DNA of 64,000 bases from Marsupella aquatica (Eukaryota; Plantae; Marchantiophyta). The notes under the pieces are model-generated. The model worked only from the letters and a program-made list of their open reading frames with translations. It made no database searches and was not told the DNA's origin. Positions 12,790-22,509 of the stretch are shown piece by piece; position 1 is the stretch's first letter, and every line of letters starts with the position of its first letter. The stretch spans positions 3,475,223-3,539,222 of the forward strand of contig OZ316892.1 of the NCBI GenBank assembly GCA_973895155.1, written 5' to 3'. A program made the position numbers and the translations under genes.

Positions 12790-13190
12790 TGAAGTATTAA
12801 ACCCTTGGCTACTATGGATAGGGAAATATCAAAGGGAAAGTAAGAAACACTTCAACTACGTACTTATGGACAAATTAAGGAATATCAAAGGAATGCAAGA
12901 AACCCTTTGACTACTATTGATAGAGGAATACCAAAGGAACTTAAGAAACACTTCAACTCTATGGACACAGGAATATGAAGAGAAGGCAAGAAATCCATCA
13001 GACAACTATGGATAGAGGAACACCAAGAGAATGCAAGAAACCATTTAACTACCATGGACAGAGGGATACTAAAGGAACCTAAGCAACCCTTGGGCTACTA
13101 TAACATTTTTTACATAGACTCCACCAAATACATGGACTATATGATGTATGAGTACAAGGGCTCATGGAGTACTACCATGTATAATCTCCT
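12790..13190. repeat. Diverged ~43-47-bp tandem repeat
   Basis: About 7 copies of ACTATGGATAGAGGAATAYCAAAGGAA..AAGAAACCCTT..ACT, trailing into short ACTATGG-like remnants. Confidence 0.75.
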
Positions 13191-13394
13191 CTTTTCTTCC
13201 TCTCGTCTCCATAATCAAATCTATCCTAATATGCAAGTCTTCATGGGCTCTTAGTTGTTGAATAATATCAAATTTTATTACATAACTATTAGTTGTTGAA
13301 TAACATCAAATTTTATTACATAACGAAAAGCGGTCCTCGCACTATAAAATAAATAAATAAATTCCTGTAGAAAGCGTCAGAACGATAATCTGTG

Positions 13395-14395
13395 CGACGT
13401 CTATGATTTTTTAGCTTGATTGAGGCGCAGCTGCATATGATTGACGGTCTTGTGATGCATTATTATTAGTAAACTCTGAAAATTGTGCCCGTTCTTGTCG
13501 GAGTTGTCTGAGAGGTTGATGATAAGAACGTTTTTGACGACCATTCCTACGTTGTAACGGCGAAACTCCTATGCGTTGTGAACAGGTTGATCCGTCTGTT
13601 CTCCTACTGTATGCTACGTCTATGACTTTTCTGCTTGATATATTCGAAGCGCAGCGACGGTCTTTGTGATGCAATACTCAGAGTCAGGATTGTTCCCGAT
13701 CTTATCGTAGTTTTCTGAGAGATTGATTATAATAACGTTTTTGACGATCATTCCTGTGTCGTAACGGCGGAGCTCATTTGCGTTGCCAACAGGTTCATCC
13801 GTCTGTTCTCTAGCTCGACTTTTCTACTTATTCGAAGCGCAGCTGCGAACGATATTTTGTCTTTGTAATGCAATAGTAGGACTCAGGATTGTTGCCGGTC
13901 TTGTCGTAGTTGTCTGAGAGATTGATCGAAGTGAGAACGGTTTTGACAGACATTCCTGCATCATAACGGCGGAACTCATACGTGTTCCGAACAGGTTGAT
14001 CCGTCCGCTCTCTTGACTGTAAGCTAGGCCTACGTACGAGTTTTCTGCTTGTTTCGATGCGCAGCTGCAAAACGGATTGACGGTTTTGTGATGCGGTAGT
14101 AGGACTCAGGATGTTCCCGCTCTTGTCGTAGCTGTCTGAGAGGTTGATGGTAAGAACGTTTTTGACAAACATTCCTGCATCATAACGGCGGAACTTATAT
14201 GCGTTGCAAAAAGGTTGATCCGTCCGTTCTCTTGACTGCAAACGACGTATATGACTTTTCTGCTCAAAGGGCAGCTGCAAAGGATTGACGGTTTGTGATG
14301 CACTGGTAGGACTCGGGATTGTTCCCGTTCTTGTCAGAGTTTCCTGAGAGATTGATGATAAGAACGTTTTTGACAATTATTCCTGCGTCGTAAGA
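13395..14395. repeat. Diverged tandem array, ~4.7 units of ~190-225 bp
   Basis: The anchor GCGCAG(CTGC) occurs at 13425, 13649, 13837, 14059 and 14269. Shared blocks include CTGAGAGRTTGAT..TAAGAACGTTTTTGAC..CATTCCT, TAACGGCG and AACAGGTTGATCCGTC. Confidence 0.88.
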
Positions 14396-14646
14396 CCAAT
14401 TTGTGTATCAGTTGCTTATTGTACTTCAGCTACGAAGTTCATGAATTGAGTGTATGTTGCTTGGCTTGGATGCAGAACTTCGGAGCTATCCCCGGGGCTA
14501 TCACTTCAGAGATCACGGAGCAGCTCCTTCCTGCATTGCTCCCCACGTTCTTCTTCCAAGCGTAACATCGCACAGACTGAAACCGGACTGAAGAATTAAA
14601 ACGGCACAGATAAGGAATAGAGAGCTCGATCCTGTGATTTTTAGGC

Positions 14647-15189
14647 ATGAACCGAAATCCTGTGCCGTCCGAACTTGTGTTCTATGACTCTTCCAATGAA
14701 TTATCACGTTTACTCGGGGCACGTGGGCCAATTGCCATCTTCATCGATGGTGCGTGCCGCGGAAATGGTCGAGGGGCCAGGGCTGCGTATGGCGTCTATT
14801 TTGGGCCAGATGCGCCACGTAACTCCTATGGCCTTCTCCCCGTAAACACGATCCACACAAACAACAAGGCCGAGATCTTCGCCTCTCTGAAGGCGGTAGA
14901 CATGATCCTAAACAGTGTGGACTGGCCAGTGTGGAAGGACGGCGTTGTGCTCATTACGGATTCGGACTATCTGTTCCAGTCGATGACTGAGGACATAAAC
15001 ACTTGGTTGATGAATGGTTTCTCCACTTCCACTGGTGAACCGGTGGCCAACGCCGATGAGATTAGGGAGCTGAACGATAAGATTTGTCACTTAATAGACA
15101 GCTGCGGGATTAATATCAAATTCTGGAAAGTAGACACAGAGCACAATCAGGATGCGAATCGTCTAGCGAACCTTGCTCTGGGTCACTAA
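14647..15189 (+). CDS. Stand-alone, intronless ribonuclease HI-family protein (180 aa), fungal-type appearance
   Basis: FIDGACRGNG..ARAAYGVYFG (D1), TNNKAE (E), ITDSDYL (D2), W..NGF.T.TGEPVAN.D, IKFWKV..EHNQDANRLA (fourth acidic residue is N). Intact ATG to TAA. Confidence 0.9.
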   Translation: MNRNPVPSELVFYDSSNELSRLLGARGPIAIFIDGACRGNGRGARAAYGVYFGPDAPRNSYGLLPVNTIHTNNKAEIFASLKAVDMILNSVDWPVWKDGVVLITDSDYLFQSMTEDINTWLMNGFSTSTGEPVANADEIRELNDKICHLIDSCGINIKFWKVDTEHNQDANRLANLALGH

Positions 15190-16513
15190 CGTCGAGCTCC
15201 GACATTCGAGATCGGTTATATCGCGGTGGATGATGAGCAAGGAGTCTCTGCATTTTTAACAGGTCCATGTATGGCTGTGCGTATTCGGGGCTCAATCGTC
15301 ACTGCCGCGAGAAGACTGCTGTTTGTTGGGATTGAACACATGGACGCGTTTCGTGGCGTTGGACGATGTCACTCTCCAAGTAGCTCTCGACGGACAGACA
15401 TGGCCATGCATGAGACTGCGGGAATGTGGGAAGCTAGGTGTATGTGTCCTGAATGAAGACTATGAAAATTGAGTGCTGAGATGGTTCCTTGAAGCCGAAG
15501 AGTTCTTTCGCATGCCTCAGGAGACAGTGTCTCGCAAAAGTTTTGCTGAGATAGTTCTTCGAAGCCGAAGAGTTCGATCTTTCGCGTGCCTCAGGAGACA
15601 CTGTCACGCAAAAGTTTTGTGTAGAATTTGCGTTTCCTGAGATAGATTTGTGATCGGTGACAATGGAGCGGACAAAGGAAAACACAACTTTACTCACACA
15701 ATGGAATCAGGAGAAATTGTGTACAGATTGACATCATTCTGTCTCCTTTACTCTAGGTAATGTTTGTCAAAAAACCACACACAAATGCTCACGATACACT
15801 GAGGGGTAGTGAAAGATTTTACTTTTAGCCCTCTCATTACCGCAGGCCAACGAGACAATTCGATTTCAAAAGAAAGCTGCTAAACGGAAAGCACAGAACT
15901 CTTAAGCCCAACGACACGTGGTGATCGAGTACACAGACTTACACCCGCGGCATTTTACATAAGTAAACTGTCGACTAGAAACCTTCAGAAAAGATAGCAT
16001 GCAGTCGATCAGAGAGAAACGAAAGAGAATTCTGTCACAAGGTTCCTGTAGCACAAGAGTCTGGAATTGGAATTGTGTATGTTTATGTCTCCTGACATAA
16101 TATCTCTTAGCACGGGAGTTTGGATTTGGTCTCACAAGCACCTGAAGAAATAGTTCGGGGATTTTTCTGTGTAATTCACGTCTCGGGCCTTGGAATCTTG
16201 CGATGCCAACGCTATTTTCCAGTCGGCGGAAGTCTTCGAGAACCTCACAACATATCACGGATGGTATATTCAGAAACGTCAAGCATACAGATCGGATTAT
16301 ACATTTCTACACCCGACTTGACTTTGATTGCAAGTCCAAATGCATAGTAAGGAATAGTGCACATTGCCACGAGACTTTGGGAGGCTATTATGGTACATCT
16401 CGTCCAAACACTTCGGAATCACACTCGCTGAGAAGTTTTCCACCTTGTGTGAAACGCCCAGGTGGAAAAGAATGATGCCACCCAGTTTCGGTTGTTTCCG
16501 AAATGCAAGACAT

Positions 16514-19500
16514 CTGGCTGTGACTGCTAGGGCCAACTACAGGTGGTGCCTGTTTGGAATCAGCACTAGAATACTCTTGTGTGGGGTACATTAGCATCTC
16601 CTCTAGCCAAGGCAGCAAGGTTCTCGTTCAAAATGTTTCTTGGCAACCTCCCCACAATATTCCCTTCTTCATTGCCTTGCCTATCCAGAAAAGCGAAGTG
16701 AGGCATTCCTTCCGTACCAAACTCGTCTAATTCTTGTTCCCACTTACAGTTGTCCACATTGAGCATCGCAAAAGTGAACTAATCGGTCATTCCAAGCCAA
16801 GCGAAGAGAGCAGCTGGCCAGCAATTAGGATATTCGCAGTTCACTCTGATGAGCTCATCACCGCAAAAGACTAACATCCTAAAATCCTTCTCCAGTAAAT
16901 CTGGTTCTTAAAACAAACAAACTGACGTACCTTCCGTGAACGATTGAAATACCTCTCAGAAGGCATGACCCATAGCAGCATTAGGACTGCCAAGCCAGAT
17001 ACGATCAAAAGGCAGTGACACTGTTGATATAAAGTCTACAGTTGCTTTTCTGATGAAGCTTCCTGGACCAGAAGGAAAAAGCTGACTTGTGCTCTTAATC
17101 AACCTCTTAGACATCATGGGCTGTTTCTTTACAAACTTCGCCCCAACCAAAATAAAATTCTACGACTGGTGGTCTGCCACAACCACAACAATCAGATACT
17201 CTGTCCCTTTCATGCAAGTAGTCTTGACGATTTTTAAGTGGCGCAGAGTAATTCCTACTTGACAAGTATGTTTTTCAAGTCGAGCTTCCATCCACAAATC
17301 CCTACTTGACAAGTACCTTTCAAGTCGAGCTTGAACCAACAAATCTGTGAGGCGAAGTCCTTAGGTGCCTGAATCTCATGAAATTCATTCCTGAACAACC
17401 TGCAGGCGCGGTAGCAACAGAGTGAAGTTCTATCTAAATTCGGCAGGACGCGACTGTGTGTTCTTATAGCCCGGTTTGGTCCTGGAAGACTAAAACTTCT
17501 TCATTCATTGCTAACCCTAATCAAGCATGCAATAATCTCAGAATTGTCATATTTACAAGGATTTGCCTACTTGCAGAGACAAGCAACTTGCTATTTCTGC
17601 ATTCCAGATAGTTACTAATACTGCGTTGCACCAGAGCCTCAGCTACTGCCTCCATCCTCTCCTCTCCAAAAGTTTCAAACTTGATATATGCTGAAGGCGA
17701 GGGCCTGTAGGTGGTGTGCATTCTTAGATGTACCCTGATGGTGGGGTATTCAGTCGGACTGTGGTGATTGAACAGTCAGACCAGGGTTGGAATTATGGGT
17801 ACCTTGCGCTGATGAGCCGTCTCAGATTAATTCTATCTTTGCGATCTGAGTCCTTGACATGCGACTGAAATTGACTACCTTGCAGAAAACAGGCCGGATC
17901 ACTGAACAATTATTCTCTGTCGATATTTGTTGGCTCTCAGTCCACACGTTCTACACAAAACCTTCATACAATCGTTTCATTGCCTCGTACTGTCTATTGT
18001 TCTGATTTTGGTGAAACACAATCCTCCCCTTAGCCAGTACGGATATCCATCTTGAGAAGCTTGCTTGTCTCAAAGGGCAATGGATTCGTTCCGTTTAGAC
18101 CTTTAGACCCAAGACTGCGCAGGTTATAGAGGCTCACTAACGAATTGAATTTGATACAGGCTAAATTTCGGAGGATGCTTTGACTACATACAGCTGTCCC
18201 AAATGGAACAAGGACAGCCGGTAACGGTGCTATAAGCGTATCATGGACGATCACATATTCCCAGTTCATTTCATTTTCATTGTGAGCTTTTCCAAGAAGA
18301 GGCAGTTTGGAGTCCAAGCATCACCAGATCGGATTCTCGGTTGGAGAGAGTTCGCATTGAAGAAAAAGAAGTTGGCCTCTCATGCTGCTCCTTGTCTCTG
18401 GGATCGCTACTTTTCGCCGGACAATCAATCATGGTCGCAGATCTACAAATTATGAACATGTATACAAATAGACTTTACTACGGTACATTGATGGCGTTGC
18501 GTGCCTCTCCTGGAGTCTTTTGTAGCACATACCTTGCGGAGAGTTCAACAGATCCTTCGACTGAAATAGGCATCGCCTCCAAACAGATCTCAACAATATT
18601 CCTAGTTGAGAGCAGACTAACTAACAGAGTGCAAGAATTGGTCGAATGATCAGCAGTTAGAATCAGGGTAGCATTTTACGTCCAGTAATGGTGTTCATGG
18701 AAATGAAGACCTTCCGAAATGAGACAGAAGCAGAGGTTGCAGAAGCCAATGCGGAACCAGCAAGGAAGAAAGGATAATCGCTGGCAATCACGGTCCACAG
18801 TTGTTGAGATCGCCCAGGTAAACAGCACCTATCCCAAACGAGCGAGCTGTTGACCAAAAGAAGGCGATGCAGCGACTGAGAACATGGTGGAGACTGAGGA
18901 CTTAAGACAACGGTAGACTCAGAGGCACGGAAGGCATAGAATCAATGCAGTGGTATACAGCTAACAGAAAGACATCCACGCTGCAACGCACCATCGTCAG
19001 ATCCAAGCTGAGGAAATGCACAAGGAGGCCGATGCTTCTTTGTATCGATAACGAAACGACTTCGCCAAATCTCTTTGGATAAAGCAGACAGAAGGACGCA
19101 GGTTAAGGACAACGACTTCCTACCCTTCAAGACTTCTATTCCAGTGACCGAATTGCAGCCCGCTCATTCAGCTACTGCCTCTATCCTCTCCACAAGCTTC
19201 AACCTTGATATATGTGGAGAATACTAGTCATTATTAATGCAGTGTTCCTGCATAGCCCAAGTTGGGCAGGTTAATTACCAGAGGAGAAAGCAAGAGGACT
19301 TGCAAACGACACAAACCAAAGACTTAGTAAGACCTTGAGGGACGAGGAAACACTGAAAGGATTAAAGTAAATACATCTTGGTAAGATATGGCAGAAGCAG
19401 CAAATTCACGTAGCCCTGGGCCGCTACCTCCAATTCAGCCGGAAAGGAAAAGACCCACAGCTACAGTTCCTTATGCCAAAGCAACCAGCTGATTTCCTCG

Positions 19501-20462
19501 TTTCCTTTATGTCTCAAAAACCTGCCCGTCACCGCCATCGACTCTGCCTTGACACCAATGCCAGGGGGAGAATCTCATCTCTCCGCAGAATCAGTCTGAA
19601 TGCATCGCCAGAAAAGAAAGTGGGCTAACACTCAAATGTAGGGCATCACAGCTAGACTCCACACCAGATTGCTCTTAGAAATTGAAAAAGTTCGCAGGAA
19701 CAAGCACGGAAAACCACAGTTTGGCCTCCAGCTAGAATCTGGTGTTACTGCAGTGTGAATGCAGTGAACCTTAAGCCCTTCAATCGCTGGAACATTCTCA
19801 ATCCTCGTAAAAATTAGTCCTCACATCTTTTGACGTTTTAATCTTCCATTTCTTTCAACTTGATGACTTTTAATTTGGTGAACACATTCTCTGAGTCTCG
19901 TGATCTCGGTCGAAGGGCCTTTTCAGGATCAAAACGACTCAGTGTGTTCTCTGATTGTTGCCAAGGTGGAAACGGTCAGTGCTACCTTCTTCTTTCCCAC
20001 TGCCGTTGTAGATTGGCAACTAATGCAGAGCAATCCAGAATTGTTTAATTGACGAACTAATTGTCCACAGGGGCTCGTTGGACTACAATGAACAAAGACT
20101 ACCGAGAGTTGCATTTTATCTGTGAAATTGACACTTACACAAGAAGAGGAATTAGAATCCTCAGGAGCAGGTTTGGACTCGGTTTCCTCCCGCTCAGCAT
20201 GGCATTGCCAGCTCTTCTTCGGTGATGACTTGCTCGTGCCGAGATGGGCTATGATGTTGCCCCTGTGATCCCTAAGACACATGAATGGAGGAGGGGATAC
20301 GCCATACTGCTGGCCCTCCTGGAACCCCGAGAATTTCTTGGTCCTCCTGCTACTGGTGCTGACACTACAAAGCATCCGGCTCTGAATCCAGCAACAGAAG
20401 GAGCCACATTTCATGCCACTAGTCGTAAACAATGTAGTCAAAGACGAAGCGGGGGTTGTCAT
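16514..20462 (-). pseudogene. HCF164: HCF164-like thylakoid thioredoxin pseudogene, introns retained
   Basis: Four exon remnants. 20462-20139 is a transit-peptide-like S/T/R-rich exon ending at GTAAGT. ~19595-19375 reads NQLVALA*GTVAVGLFLSG*IGGSGPGLREFAASAISYQD. 17173-17087 reads PVVEFYFGWGEVCKETAHDV*EVD*EHK (cf. VVEFYADWCEVCRELAPDVY). ~16780-16514 reads MLNVDNCKWEQELDEFGTEGMPHFAFLDRQGNEEGNIVGRLP, with a frameshift before EYSSADSK..PSSH. Confidence 0.88.
17695..19050 (+). repeat. Dispersed repeat, copy 1 (~1.35 kb), inside an HCF164 intron
   Basis: Collinear with 62455-63845, for example AGGGCCTGTAGGTGGTGTGC, TTAGACCCAAGACTGCGCAGGTTAT and TTGACCAAAAGAAGGCGATGCAGCGACT in both copies. Confidence 0.9.
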
Positions 20463-21049
20463 CGCTTCTACAACGCAGTCCTCTTCCCCTCCCCCTCTAA
20501 TTCAACTTCAGAATCTGATCAAGAATGAGATTTCTCTGACCCAACTAACACCACTGACCTCAGCCCATTTCCGCTTAAGCTATTGTACCCAATTCGGGTG
20601 TATCCAGAGTCAATCTCCAATTCATGTCAGCTCTCTCTCGTGTCACAATCCCCCACAGAAGCAGAAGAGAGAGACAGGGGACAACTCTAAGTGAGAACAC
20701 TTGAGGGTGTGAAACGCACATTTGCCAGCGGCAATGCCTTGTAGTCCATGTCGAGCGTTGGACAAGCAGAAGAACCGTTCCTTTGCCTGGAGGGATGACA
20801 GAGCCATTTCCAGCCATTCTTAGTAGTGATTGGCAGGATCAGCAGCCTAGTCAATGAAGAAACTACGATCGTTGCAGAAACGAGGAATGGCCCCAGAAAC
20901 AGGAATCCAGAGAGATTAGACTGTCTTCTCGTGCCTCGTTGTTCATTGTCTTATCTCTAAGTTTTTTTCATCATCCTGGGTACAGTTTATTCTTGGGATT
21001 TGAAATTAATTTATAAATTTTTATTATCATCCAGGGTACAGTTTATTCT

Positions 21050-21424
21050 GAACTTAAAGCTAGGATAGACACAAACGTTTGAGAAAAAACCCCGATGGAC
21101 AAACACAACCTGGATGGACACAGAACAAACTTAAGATTGTGCTTGTATAACATGCTTTTCACTTGTGCTCCAATGGTGACCTTAAAGAGCTGTTGGACCA
21201 GGAGCAGGAGGTTTTTGGTTGTTCCTTCCCATAGTCTATCCAGGCAGGAGCAATGGAGGAGGTTAGACGTACTTAACTTAATGTCTAAATCTCGGTAAGC
21301 TTCCGTTCATAAGACACATGTAATCCATTTTGGGTGTCATTAGGGATTGGTGTTACAGTGTCAACAGGCTCTGTCCATCCGGGTTGTCCGTACAAACGTT
21401 TGTGTCTATCCCGGCTTTAAGTTC
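21050..21424. mobile_element. Mutator-type MITE (375 bp)
   Basis: TIRs GAACTTAAAGC(TA/CG)GGATAGACACAAACGTTTG, ~50 bp imperfect. Exact 9-bp TSD GTTTATTCT at 21041-21049 and 21425-21433. Confidence 0.9.
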
Positions 21425-21936
21425 GTTTATTCTTGGGATTTGAAATTTTGAAACCAGAGCTGGATTTCCACTTTGTCTGTGAAGCCCAGCCCAGATAGAC
21501 TCGCAAAGTTTGGATGGACTTGCTCAAAACATGTTAATTGACTCGCAAAGTTTGGATGGACTTGCTCCAAACATATAAATTGACTCAGATAATATTGTTT
21601 ACACTTTTGACTGAACTATGACCAGTAAATGGTCTCCTTATCATTTGCAGTCGATTTCAATTACATTATCTAACCAGTTTCCTTGGTAACTTGATGACTT
21701 GACTACCTTGAACCAGAATTACATCAAGACGCCATGCCATTACTCGGGATCACCATGACGTCTTGACTACTTTCTCCCCAAGCTAGTCAAAGTCATCAAC
21801 TGAGATCCGCAATTGGTTCCTATTTCTTTTTGGTGTAAATGCAACAGTCGCTATATGCAGTCCAATCATGGGGACGGGCAAGGACAATGTCTTGGTCCAT
21901 CCGGGCTTTGGTTCTGATTTTTTTTTTGTCCTTTTT

Positions 21937-22509
21937 TTACTAAGGTGTCCCCCAAACTGATGGTTATTAACAGCCTCCCAGCCTATATTAATTACGAGGT
22001 CGACCCCCATTTGTATAGGGATTAGTCTTACTCCTGTCCTTCACCAATGGTCACTCCGCATTGGTTGACTGCTATGTGGCAAGGCGCTATTTTCCCTGCC
22101 AAACCCCATCCGATAATGCCCTAATTCAGGCCGCCTCATTCCGATTATGAATCACATGGGAGTACCGGGCCAGCTCCCTCATGTTGAGCAAATCCAGGCC
22201 CTACACTGGGTTCCTCCCTGCCCTCCTGTATTAGAAAATGCAAGCTTGAGGACAGGGGTGCCCCTCCTTTTTCACGCGCAGTTCTTTCCCCTCCATCCTG
22301 TTTAAAGGAACAAACCCTGGAAAGCTTCACTTCTCACATTGTGCGGCCAATAGCACCTTGCAATGCGGGTAAACAACTAGTGTGGGATGACCTCGGGTTA
22401 AGTACGGGAGGAAGAGTAACCCATATACAAAATGGGGTTCAATGTAGTAATTAAAATAGTTTGGGGGACAGATTGAGAATAACGGTCAGTTTGGGGGACA
22501 AGGTAGTAA
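21937..22509. mobile_element. Old foldback / non-autonomous TIR element (~160-bp diverged inverted arms)
   Basis: Left arm TTACTAAGGTGTCCCCCAAACTGATGGTTATT..TTAATTAC..CCCCATTTGTATA. Reverse complement of the right arm TTACTACCTTGTCCCCCAAACTGACCGTTATT..TTAATTAC..CCCCATTTTGTATA. No clear TSD. Confidence 0.65.

Noticed and set aside
13395-14395. CRISPR array next to a nuclease
   Set aside because: Whole ~210-bp units are homologous, with no identical short repeats separated by unique spacers. No cas genes are present and the context is eukaryotic.
14647-15189. RNase H as a fragment of a retroelement pol
   Set aside because: It has its own ATG and stop, no RT or integrase remnants were recognised on either side, and the sequence is not CpG-depleted. 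Not fully excluded without a search.
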